Positions 27,500-38,645 are shown, numbered from the stretch's first letter. The stretch: 64,000 nt of DNA from Pristiophorus japonicus (GCF_044704955.1 NC_091984.1:147870001-147934000), one strand, 5' to 3'. The notes: generated from the letters alone by a model not told the origin. Made by a program: numbers and translations.

Positions 27500-27876
27500 T
27501 TTTTAATTTTTTTAAATTTTTTTTTAAAATTTATTCGTTGCCAATCTTTCCAATTCTTTGTCAAATCACAAACGCCAGAGGTCACCTTGCACACGCCAAG
27601 GATCACTCTGCGCCAATGCTCTTAGCCAAAAGGCCTAGAGCCACTGCACCATTCCTGGAAGTACTGCAATACCAGGTTCGTGCCATGGAGGTGGATGGGT
27701 CAGGCCCCCCACACACCTCCGTGGAGGTGGATGGGTCAAGCCACCCCACCCACCTCCTGTTTCCAAAAAGCATAGGAGAATCACCTTCCTGATCCAGGGA
27801 GAACCACGTTGGGGTCATGGTTACTCCCCTGTCAGGTCAGTTACGCATGATCTTAGCCAAAAGGCCGAGAAGCAAT
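27500..27876 (-). mobile_element. U2/U1 snRNA-derived SINE-like element, copy 1 (most diverged)
   Basis: Starts ATTGCTTCTCGGCCTTTTGGCTAAGATCA (U2 5' end, 1 mismatch). Contains a U1-like arm and the U2 3' stem-loops. The poly(A) tail is interrupted. Confidence 0.88.
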
Positions 27877-28241
27877 TTTTTTTTTTTTTTTTGGAAATTC
27901 GTAGCCAATCGTTCCAATTCTTTGTCAAATCACAAACGCCAGAGGTCACCTTGCACACGCCAAGGATCACTCTGCACCAATGCTCTTAGCCAAAAGGCCT
28001 AGAGCCACTGCACCGTTCCTGGAAGTACTGCAATACCAGGTTCGTGCCATGGAGGTGGATGGGTCAGGTCCCCCACACACCTCCGTGGAGGTGGATGGGT
28101 CAAGCCACCCCACCCACCTCCTGTTTCCAAAAAAGCAAGCATATACCTTCCTGATCAAGGGAGAACCACCCGGAGGTCATGGTGGCCACTCCCCTGTCAG
28201 GTCAGTTACGCATGATCTTAGCCAAAAGGCCGAGAAGCGAT
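27877..28241 (-). mobile_element. U2/U1 snRNA-derived SINE-like element, copy 2
   Basis: Exact U2 nt 1-29. U1-like ACTGACCTGACAGGGGAG..CCATGA..GGTGGTTCTCCC. U2 SL-IV CCTGGTATTGCAGTACTTCCAGGAACGGTGCA. Pure poly(A). Confidence 0.9.
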
Positions 28242-28601
28242 TTTTTTTTTTTTTTTTTTTTAAATTCGTAGCCAATCTTTCCAATTCTTTGTCAAATCAC
28301 AAACGCCAGAGGTCACCTTGCACACGCCAAGGATCACTCTGCGCCAATGCTCTTAGCCAAAAGGCCTAGAGCCACTGCACTGTTCCTGGAAGTACTGCAA
28401 TACCAGGTTCGTGCCATGGAGGTGGATGGGTCAGGTCCCCCACACACCTCCGTGGAGGTGGATGGGTCAAGCCACCCCACCCACCTCCTGTTTCCAAAAA
28501 AGCAAGCATATACCTTCCTGATCCAGGGAGAACCACCCGGAGGTCATGGTGGCTGGTCAGGTCAGTTACGCATGATCTTAGCCAAAAGGCCGAGAAGCGA
28601 T
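28242..28601 (-). mobile_element. U2/U1 snRNA-derived SINE-like element, copy 3
   Basis: Nearly identical to copy 2, with a small deletion in the U1 arm. Pure poly(A) of ~20 nt. Confidence 0.9.
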
Positions 28602-31144
28602 GCCTGGACCACTCAGGTGGTGAGCTCCAATACCACCCTGAGCAGGTAGCTCAATTCGTGGTGATGTGCTCCATGCTGCACAACTTGGCTATCAGGAGGG
28701 GACAAGAATTGCCTGATGAGCCTGACAGTCCACCTCACCAGAGAGAGGAAGAGGAGGATGAGGAGGCGGACGCCGACATCGGGTCAGACAATCAGGCTGA
28801 TGCTGAAGCCACGCCCCCGCCCTTCTGTAGATCACATGAAAGGGCCCATGGTGGCATGATAGCTGCAAGCGCCTTACGCCAGGAGCTCATCAATGATCGC
28901 TTTGCCTGAAAGAACGTTGGTGTTATTTCCACAGCTGACACACTGCTGGGTGTGCAGGTCATAAATTAATCATGGGCATCACCTTGGTGACCGTTAAAGT
29001 TTACTTTGACTGAAGTTGAGTGTGATTATATCCTTTGATGTTAACAAATCACCAGCGTGTAACGGTACAGCTATCTGAGCCAATGTGCTGCAAGGTATTG
29101 TTCAATAAAAAACATTTAAACCAAACATTAGTCTGAAATCATCAGTATTTCTGTACAAACCAACCCTTCCCCCCACCCACCCCGCTTCTCCTCCCCAACT
29201 CTACCCCTTCCCCTTCCCCCTCTGACTCCAAGCCGCCTGACCGCGGAGGTTCTCAGGCGATGCTTCACTGGGAGGTGGGTGGTGATGGACAAAGCACTGC
29301 TTGGACGGATATGGGGGAAGATGGTCCCAAGGTGGGAACGTGCTTCGAGGCAGAAGCGAGATGTTGCTCCTGGCTCTCATGTGTGGTTGGCAATGGGGTT
29401 GCGTCACCTTGGGGTGTAGTGCGGCACTCCGGGATCACTGGGAGCCCTCTGCCACCAGTGTTCCTGGCTACCAGCTCCAGGGCCTCCTCCATCCCTTACA
29501 TTTTATATGTTATTTGTGGGACAAAAACTCGATGCCAACTATGTTCTTGGTGCTTAGTGCGCTTTTTGCTGCTGGTGAATCTCCCTCGTGCCTCCCACAA
29601 CAGCCAAACAAACGCACACCACAGCCACACACGCTTTCAGTGCCTCTGAGCTCCCTCTCTCTCTGTCTCCTCTTCTGCGTATGTCATGGTTACCCTTGAC
29701 CTCCAGAATCGAGGGAATGGACCATTGCCATGCTGTTGCTAAGGACGACCACACTTTACAACAGAAGGTCAGAAAAATTTAACGCTGCCGCCCATTTGAA
29801 CTCGTTCGCGGTAACGCCCATTTTCAAAGATGTAAACTAAGTGTTTTGAGAATGGGCGAGAAGCCGGCGATCTGAAAATCCTTTTTTACCACCCACGCCG
29901 GAAATCACGCCCATTTTTGGGCGCTAAGCTCAAAAGTGGAGGTTCTAGCCCTTGGTGTCTCCAGTGAGCTTGTGTTCCCCACCCTGGTCAATCAAGTTCA
30001 TGGCATCACGTAACAACTCCATTCTTGTTATGCATGGAGTCAGTTTTGGTCCCTGACCAAAGAATGTCCTTAATTGTCCAGCTTCATTCCAAAAGCTGGT
30101 ATTAAATTCCAAAAGCTTGTATTAAGCAATTTTTACTTCATGGTCTCCTTCTGTGCTTTTCTGAAGATTGGTAACCTTACACACAACACCTCACCTCTCC
30201 CACCCCCAAAACCGCCCCTCGCCCAACCCCAACACCGCCCCCAACTCCCACCCCCAACACAACTCCTCTCCATCCCCCAACACCGCCCCTCTCCCACCTC
30301 CAACACCCACCTTAAACTGATACACACAGCAGGCAGGACTTATATGGGCACATGACCCCCCGCGGGACACATCACCACTGAGGGCTCATGTCCCCTGGCC
30401 TCACAATGGAAACCATGGCAACACAGAAGCCACAGGGGTGGACCAATCACAGCAAAGTGCAACAGACTGTGCATATGTGCCTGAGAGAGCAACAAGGAGA
30501 GAGCTTCAATCTATTTAACCCTTCGATCCCTGGCTGCCGTCTGAACACTAGGCCCGAGTTGGCAGTGGTGGTGACTACATTATTCCCGCTGTTATTCTGC
30601 CCCCTGCTCATTCATCTCAACCCCTGTGTTAATGTTTCTCTGTTCAATGGTACTGCTCCCCACGGCAAATCCAACCAGTGAGATTTCTCAGCTGGGTGTG
30701 AAACATGGAGAAGCAGAGATGGGCATGGACTGTGTGGGGGCACTAAAGGACCCACTGGCTCCGACCAATAATAAAACAGTCGGTAAGGACACGGTGAAAA
30801 GTGGGGGATGGGACCAGATGATGGACCTGGGCAAGTCCGACAAGGAGGCTGTCCTGCCGGCCAGAGCAATGGTGAAATACACTGGCCTCAGCCTGCCTGG
30901 CATTGTGGAAGGGCAGGCAGCTCCGATCCTTACCGTCCCAGACTGTCAGCCAATCACCGTGGCTTCCTCCTTCGGAGAGTTGTTCAAATCTCCACAGGTT
31001 TCACAGCTGCAGCTCACAGACACGCTGGTGAGCAGATTGTTGGGGTGTTTGCTCTACACTTGTCCAGTTGCTGTGTGTCACGGGCCTGGGCAACTTTACA
31101 ATTGGAGCCCATTACTGGTCTCATAAAGTGACGGGCACATTGAT

Positions 31145-31815
31145 TAGTCTGAGCTTTCGACCACACATCCGCAGCATAACTAAGACCATCTATTTCCATC
31201 TCCGTAACTTCACCCGTCTCCATCCCTGCCTCAGCTCATCCGCTGCTGAAACCCTCATCCATGCCTTTGTTACCTCTAGACTCGACTATTCCAACGCTCT
31301 CCAGGCTGGTCTCCCAGATTCTACTCTACGTAAACTAGCGGTGATCCAAAACTCTGCTGCCCGTGTCCTAACTTGCACCAAGTCCCGCTCACCCATCACC
31401 CCTGTGCTCACTGACCTACATTGGCTCCTGGTTAAGTAATGCCTCGATTTCAAATTTCACATCCTTAATTTTGAATCGCTCCATGACCTCGCCCCTCCCT
31501 ATCTCTGTAATCTCCTCCAGCCCCACAACCCCCTCGAGATGTCTGAGCTCCTCTAATTGTGCCCCCCTGATTATAATCGCTTAACCATTGGTGGCCATGC
31601 CTTCTGTTGCCTGGGTCCCAAGCTCTGGAACTCCCTTCCTAAACCTCTCCACCTCTCTACCTCTCTTTCCTCCTTCAAGATGCTCCTTAAACTCTATCTC
31701 CCTGCGCTAATTTCTACTTATGCGGCTCAGTTTCAAATTTATATTGCATAATACTCCTGTGAAGCACCATGGGATGTTTCACTACGTTAAAGGCGCTATA
31801 TAAATACAAGTTGTT
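31145..31815 (+). mobile_element. L2 LINE 3' fragment
   Basis: HLRNFTRLHPCLSSSAAETLIHAFVTSRLDYSNALQAGLP..ITPVLTDLHWL, followed by the L2 3' tail. Confidence 0.88.
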
Positions 31816-32049
31816 TTGGGAAAAACAGAACCACAACTGTTTGTAGATAAAACCCACACAAGGATCCAACCACTCTGCGATGCCGTGTGATAAAGTGCGG
31901 GCTGAAGCGCTCAGTGTGCTGGGGAACTTGGCCATGGGGGGAATCGGAGGGTCCAGGTGTTGCTGCACCTGGATGGAAACAGTGAGCAGGTCACCAGGTC
32001 CTGTTGTTCAACACTGCGCTCGGTATTCCCACGTATTGGATCTGCCGAG

Positions 32050-32345
32050 GCTTCCTCAGTAACTGGGAATGATCCAGGGGAACCACACAGGGGCTACATG
32101 GACTTCCTCAGTAACTGAGAATGATCCAGGGGAACCCAACAGGGGCTACATGGACTTCCTCAGTAACTGAGAATGATCCAGGGGAACCCAACAGGGGCTA
32201 CATGGACTTCCTCAGTAACTGAGAATAATCCAGGGGAACCCAACAGGGGCTACATGGACTTCCTCAGTAACTGAGAATGATCCAGGGGAACCCCACAGGG
32301 GCTACATGGACTTCCTCAGTAACTGGGAATGATCCAGGGGAACCA
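32050..32345. repeat. 52-bp minisatellite, ~5.5 copies
   Basis: Unit GACTTCCTCAGTAACTGAGAATGATCCAGGGGAACCCAACAGGGGCTACATG. Confidence 0.92.
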
Positions 32346-32806
32346 ACAGGAACATACCATTATTGTCCCCGAGGGGGGCAAGAAGAGAGGGAAAGGTGAG
32401 AAACATACCACTATTTTCCCCGGGGGGGAGAGGAGAAGGAGAGGTGAGGAACATACAATTGTTTTCATCGTCGGGGGAGAAGAGGTGAGTACATACCATT
32501 ATTTTCCCCGGGGGAGGGAGCGAATGGGGAGAGGTGAGGAACATACCATTATTGTCCCCGGGGGAGGGGGCGGGGGGGGCGAGAGGAGAGGGAGAGATGC
32601 GGAACATACCATTATTGTCCACAGGGGTGGGGGTGGTGAAGAGGAGACGGAGACTTGAGCCGGGGAGACGAAGAGAGAGAGCAGTGAGGATCATACCATT
32701 ATTGCCCCTGGGGTGGGGGAGAGGGAGAGAAAGAGAGAGGGAGGGGAGCGTTGAAGAACATACGTTATTGTCCTGGGTTGCAGGGGGGTGAGTGGAGAGG
32801 TGAAGA
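32346..32806. repeat. Degenerate G-rich ~45-85-bp repeat
   Basis: Recurring GAACATACCATTATTGTCCCCGGGGG.. followed by GA-rich spacers. Confidence 0.8.
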
Positions 32807-35383
32807 ATTGTAGCTCCAGCTTTCTGGCCATTTCTATCAACAATACTTTAAATCCTTAAATCCAAATCCCCAAGAAAGAACTGTCCTGTTTGGCGAGCTT
32901 GTGGGGGTGGCATTGAGGTGCATTCATATACAACCGGACATTTCACACTGACAGGCTGGGTAACAGGGAACCCAGGCCCATTGATGTCATCACCATCTAA
33001 AGTGATTACTGGGAACAATACCCCGAGAGGTAACTCAGAGACACTGTGCCTTCGCATTATTAAAGCACAGTCACCACTCAGTCCCAACCCAAACTGGTGC
33101 AAGGCAGGAAATTGCCGGCCCATTGTCTTCCAGGAGATAAGCCGGTTAAGCAAGATCGGTTTGTGATCGAAACCCATTACCTGCTAATGGGGGCCATCAA
33201 CTCAGGAAACGACAGACATCCAGTAATCAGCACCCATTGTCTCTCCAGATACAAGGCCTGGAGCGGCAAAACAAAATATCATTTTTCACAAAGATTTCAA
33301 AGGCTACGAGGGGTGGGGAGGTGGTCCAGACAGATCATCGGAATCAATCCATCGGTCAGTATTGGCGGGAGGAAAGGTGATGTGTTTTGGGGAGATAAGG
33401 AGCCGCTTTGCAACAAGCTCCAGCTCAGGAGGAAGAACGTTACGGAAAAAGCTCAGGATAAAGATCAGGAAAAAGCCCAGGAGCGAGATGTTCAGGAAGA
33501 AGCTGCAAGCAAGACATCGGGCAATCAGGGTGAGCATATTGCCTGCGCCTACACATGCACAAGATCACTTAGCTGTGTGAGGGGGTGATTGTAAGTCCCA
33601 ACCAAACCCAAGGGGTTTCGTGCTGGGGGGGTCCTGTGTTAGTTTATTTCATGGGAGGGTTCTTTTATTAAGCCGTGGTAACTGAGCACGGCAGGGCTTA
33701 TTGGACAAGCCAGGGTTGTACTGTTTTGCACTGTTTATGAGTGGTGTTGTTAATCTTATTAAACATAATACGGTTGAGCCTGAAAAAAATGTGTCCAAGT
33801 CTGATCTATCCATATAATCCCTATCGTCCAGAACTTGTAGTAGGAGGTGCATTTACGTTACGCCCGAGAAAACCACCTACAGGCACCCCCTCAGTACTGC
33901 CTCTCCGATAGTGCGGCACTCCCTCAATACTGTCCCTCCGGCAGTGCGGCACCCCCTCAGTACTGCCAATCTGACAGTGCGGCACTCCCTCAGTACTGTC
34001 ACTCTGACAGTGCGGCACTCCCTCAATACTGTCCCTCCGGCAGTGCGGCAGCCCCTCAGTATTGCCAATTTGACAGTGCGGCACTCCCTCAGTACTGTCA
34101 CTCTGACAGTGTGGCACTCCCTCAGTACTGCCATTCTGACAGTGCGGCACTCCCTCAGTACTGCCCCTCTGACAGTGCAGCACTCCCTCAGTACTGCCCC
34201 TCTGACAGTGCAGCACTCCCTCAGGACTGCACAGTAATGTATGTCTTTATTTTACATTCAGGTCCCTGGAGTGGGGCTTGAACCCACGATACAACATTGC
34301 ATCACTGGATGCCGCACAGTCTGAGCTGTGAGTCATATCCCGACCTCAGTTGGAACAGCTAACTCAGAACAAACAACAACAGCAACTTTTATACAGCACC
34401 TTTAACACAGTAAAACTCCCCGAGCGCTTCACAGGAGCGTTATAGAATAAAGATTGACAGCGAGCCACGGAAGGATACATTGAAAATTGCAGCTCAGTCA
34501 AATTGTGAGGGAAATTGTCAGTGCTGCCTTCATACCAACAGGGGGCGATGTTGGTTCTGAAAAGACCAAATTTTTGGACAATTTCTGTGTCACTCAATTG
34601 ATTGGTTTGTAAAACCCGTTTGTACCAAACCTCCAGTCAGGTTTGCAGAATCATTTCCAGTTCCCCACGTATCATTTGATGGTGGATCTCAGCGTGCATC
34701 CCCTCGTCCGCTCGTGAGGCGGTGTCTCAGACCGATTGGCGGGTCAGTAGCCACTCCGCACTGCAGTGAGCATCAGCAGGCCATTCCACTGTGGAAGGCC
34801 TCACCGCGGAGCTCGGTGCAAGGGGTATATCCACACAGAGACGCTTTGCCGCCAGGTACAGCAGCAACAACCTGCATTGCTATAGCAACTGGAACATTAG
34901 AACAACATCCCGAGGCAGCTGACAAGGCATAATCTGGTCAAAGTGGTTCTGAGCCAAAGGGGGAGGGGCTGGGAGGGTGATCAAAACCCTCAGTCACAGA
35001 TTGGGTTTGAAGGGAGGTCTTAAAAGAGGAGAGGGGTGGAGTGGCAGAGAGGTTTCGGGAGCAGGGAGTTCGGGCCCAGGCAGCTGAAGGCACGGCCCCC
35101 AATGGAGGGGGAAGGGAAGGGGGGATGGATAAGAAGCCTGAGCCAGATACAGAGGCCCCTGAATACAACAACAACTTGTATTTATATAGCGAGTGTTGTG
35201 ACAATGACAGACAGTGAGAATATAACCCTGATAATGTAACACAGTATTTGCAGCACTTGACACTGTCGGGGAAAGCTTGTAATTTTAAATCCATGAGCTG
35301 TACATAAGCGAGAACAGGACCTGTTTGTGGCCGGTGCAGAGATCACCACTTACAGAAGGTCGTTACTGCAGGGAATTCAGGGC
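32807..35383. repeat. Right arm of the large inverted duplication (includes ERV2 3' end with LTR 33590-33881 and a 33-bp minisatellite at 33885-34225)
   Basis: Reverse complement of 1-146 + 3935-4739 + 14038-15880. It lacks the CR1 and Gypsy insertions. Confidence 0.9.
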
Positions 35384-35644
35384 AACAGTGACGTCCCAGA
35401 CTAGTTTCCATCACCTGCGGGGACGGTCGGAGAGGAGTTTCCCAGATTTATTTCCCCCAATGGGTTTTTTACCTGGTTTTTCGCCTCTCCCAGGAGATCA
35501 GGTAGTTTTGGGTGGGGTGGAGAGTCTATACTGTGATACACAAGGTATCACAATTGTGTGGGACGGGCTGGATAGACCACAGGGTCTTTATCTGTCCGTC
35601 ACTGTCCGCGGTTTGGGTTTCAAAGATGTAGAGCTGAATTGGAA

Positions 35645-36590
35645 AGAAAGACTTGCAGTTATATAGCGCCTTTCACCACCTCAGGTCATCCGAAAGAGCT
35701 TTATAGCCAATGAAGTACTTTTGAAGTGTAGTCGCTGTGGTAATGGAGGAGACACGACAGACAGTGTGTGCACAGCAAGCTCCCACAAGTTACTTTGGGC
35801 CCAAATTATAACTTTTCCATGCCGAATTCCCGCCCCGGAAGCGAAATTGGTGTCACGGCCCCTGACAGAAAGTGGAGTGCAATGTGGTGTACAGCATTTC
35901 CCCTGGGGGCAGGCTCAGGGGCCAGTGTCAGGCTGCACCATCGCGGCACTGACCCCGTCACATCGGCATAGAAAGGCCCGACCGGTTAGTTGTCCAAAAC
36001 AAATGTCGGGGCGCAGAGGCGCGCACCGCCTGTAACTTTCACCCCGTGAGTGAAATGCGGCCCGGTTCGTGACCTGCAGGCCTGGTGCGGACACGGCTCA
36101 CGGGGCACTCTCCGTTTCGCGTCTCTGCTAAATCGCGCGGGTAGCCCCCCACCCCCGCCCCCACTCCATACCCTCGGGGAAAACACTGTCACACCCCGTA
36201 AGTGCCCTCCGGAGGCACTAATGGCAGGCACACAGCAGGGGAATTTCATCCTCAGTCTGTTTTTGTGATGTTGATTGAGGGATAAATATTGACCAGGACA
36301 CTGGGGAGAACTCCCCTGCACTTCTTCAAAACAGTGGCATGGGATCGTTAACGCCCACCTGAGAGAGCAGATGGGGCCTTGGTTTAACCTCTCGCCTGAA
36401 AGACGGCCCCTCCGACAGTGCGTCACTACCTCAGTTCTGCACTGGGACTGTCAGTGTGGATTTCTGAGAGTCTCTGGAGTGGACCATCTCTCCAGCCACG
36501 CATTCATCTGTTCTATCCTCCTATTCTGGAGTGGACCTTCGGACTCAGAGGTGAGTGTGCTGCTCATTGAGCCACAGCTGACTGAGCTGG
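35645..36590 (-). mobile_element. tRNA-derived SINE interrupted by a GC-rich non-autonomous (probably Harbinger-type) insert at ~35795-36253
   Basis: Homologous to the SINE at 39215-39680 on both sides of the insert. Confidence 0.65.
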
Positions 36591-36875
36591 AAACTTAAGG
36601 CTCATTAATGGCCCATCGACGGTGTTCGCCCTCAGTGTGGTGAACAAATCCAGAAATTATGGCCAGAATGATGTAGACTAGGCCATTATTTGCCTTTTTT
36701 TAGTTTTAAATTTATTTCTGCTAAGTTAGTTCTCAGTCTATTAAATAGAGACATGGCAGGGCAGTTCTGTCCCGTGGAGAGCACATCCTGTGCCATGTGG
36801 GAAGTCCTGGACACTTCTCGTGGCCGGGACGACCACATGTGCAGGAAGTGTCACCAGCAACAGCAACTCGAGCTC

Positions 36876-37858
36876 CGCATCTGCGCACATACAGAGGCCG
36901 CACTCCAGGACATAGTCGACGTATTTACTGAGGCATACGAAAGCATGGGCCTTACGCTAAACATCTGTAAGACAAAGGTCCTCCACCAGCCTGCCCTCAT
37001 CTCACAGCACTGCCCCCAGTCATCAAGATCCATGGCGCTGCCCTGGACACCGTGGACCACTTCCCATATCTCGGGAGCCACCAATCAACAAGAGCAGGCA
37101 TCGACGACGAGATCCAACACCGCATCCAGTGCGCCAGTGCAGCCTTCGGTCGCCTGAGGAAAAGAGTGTTTGAAGACCAGGCCCTCCAAACTGCCACCAA
37201 GCTCATGGTCTACAGGGCTGTAGTAATACCTGCCCTCCAATATGGCTCAGAGACATGGACCATGTACAGCAGACACCTCAAGTTGCTGGACAAATATCAC
37301 CAACGATGTCTCTGCTAGATCTGACAAATCCCCTGGGAGGACAGGTGAACCAACATCAGCGGCCTCAGTCAGGCTAACATCCCCAGCATTGAAGCACTGT
37401 CCACACTCGATAGCTCCGCTGGGCAGGCCACATAGTCCGCATGCTAGACACGAGACTCCCAAAGCAAGTGCTCTACTCGGAGCTCCTTCATGGCAAACGA
37501 GCCAAAGGTGGGCAGCGGAAACGCTACAAGGACACCCTCAAAGCCTCTGATAAAGTGCAACATCCCCACTGACACCTGGGAGTCCCTGGCCCAAGACCAC
37601 CCTAAGTGGAGGAAGTGCATCCGAGAGGGTGCTGAGCAACTCGAGTCTCGTCGCCAAGAGCATGCAGAAACCAAGCGCAGGCAGCGGAAAGAGCGTGCGG
37701 CGAATCTGTCCCCACACACCCCTTCCCTCAATGACTGTCTGTCTCACCTGTGACAGAGTCTGTGGTTCTCGTATTGGACTGTTCAGCCACAAAAGAACTC
37801 ACTTCAGGATGGAAGTAAGTCTTTCTTGATTCCGAGGGACTGCCGATGATATGATGAG
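36876..37858 (+). mobile_element. RTE-clade LINE 3' fragment, preceded by a CR1 ORF1-like zinc-finger fragment at ~36750-36875
   Basis: MGLTLNICKTKVL, DHFPYLGS, ASAAFGRLRKRVF, LQYGSETWT, and a C-terminal CxxC..GLFSH motif. Confidence 0.85.
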
Positions 37859-38114
37859 ACTGGGATGGTTTAATCCCAGCAGCTTTTAGTGTCTCTGTAT
37901 TTCATCTTGTGCACTCCAGGGGTTCGAGGTCAAATTGATCGTTTTAAAATGATTGATAATTGGCTTTGAATCAAATCTCCTGCTGACGTGCCAATGATTG
38001 ACAGCCCACTCAGCCAATCAAGACAGACACTTACTGAAATGCAGCCAATCCAGCTGAGGGGGAGGTGGGACATTTCCAAAACACTCACCAGACACAGACA
38101 GAATATTCTTCACG

Positions 38115-38120
38115 TTTATT
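38115..38120 (-). terminator. Putative polyadenylation signal of the Ig kappa transcript
   Basis: AATAAA on the minus strand ~525 nt after the C stop codon, followed by a GT-rich tract. Confidence 0.6.
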
Positions 38121-38645
38121 GCCTTTTACAAATTCACATTTACAGAAACAAGAATTGAATAAACAGCCCAGCGAGAGCGAGCTGGAGACATTCACAGGGA
38201 GAATGCAGCTTCATTAAAACAGTTGTGGGGATTTTCTCCACACCATGAGAATCCTGTCCCTTTAAACGGGGACTAAACCTTGAATTGTAACAGCAGGGTG
38301 AGCAGGGAGAAGGTCTGCTCACTGAAGAGGCACTTCATAGCTTAACATTAGTTTTACTCTGCTGACAGTCTTCAGCATCTTCGAGAGGTTTTACTTGGCA
38401 GCACGAGTCAACACTGTCCCATCAAACGCTCCCAGGGCAGGTACAGCACGGGTTAGATACAGAGTAAAGCTCCCTCGACACTGCCCCAATAATGTGCCTT
38501 ACCCCCTGACCCTCAGATGCTTTCCCTGACCCAGTCCCGAGAAGGAAGAGAGTAGAAATGCAGTGCTGACAATGACCTTTGCCCTCCCGCCTCACCCCCT
38601 GTTCTATTTAAAGTTGCGTCTCCCCCGCGGACTGTCCCTGACACA

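Larger units (their letters stand above)
26613..28909 (+). pseudogene. Harbinger (HARBI1-like) DDE transposase, disrupted by indels and a 1.1-kb SINE trimer
   Basis: LSFYASGSFQ, GAIDCTHIA, RKGFHSLNVQLVVD, GYGLATWLMTP. IGVLKQRFR|CLDHSGG rejoins in frame across the insertion. CSMLHNLA follows. Confidence 0.9.
25955..29951 (+). mobile_element. PIF/Harbinger DNA transposon inserted in the retroviral 5' LTR
   Basis: 20-bp TIRs GGGCTAGAACCTCC(T/A)CTTTT, matching 19/20. 3-bp TSD TTG (25952-25954 / 29952-29954). LTR homology resumes on both sides. Confidence 0.93.
16660..30181 (-). mobile_element. Endogenous retrovirus 1 (spuma/loki-like): LTR-gag-pro-pol-env-LTR
   Basis: 3' LTR at 16660-17476 (TGTAAGGG..CCCTACA) after PPT AAAGGGGGAAG. 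5' LTR at 25290-30181, interrupted by a Harbinger. PBS-like TGGTGACCGCGGCAGGA at 25268-25284. Gene order gag, pro, RT, RNase H, integrase, env. Confidence 0.88.

Noticed and set aside
27960-27982. U4 snRNA-like TTGGCGCAG at the start of the SINE tail
   Set aside because: The match is too short to support.
27500-28601. Functional tandem U2 snRNA gene array
   Set aside because: The branch-point helix and stem II are missing, the units are poly(A)-tailed, there is no PSE or 3' box, and they interrupt a transposase.
29200-29780. Harbinger Myb/SANT partner gene
   Set aside because: It is expected here on the minus strand, but no recognisable domain remains.
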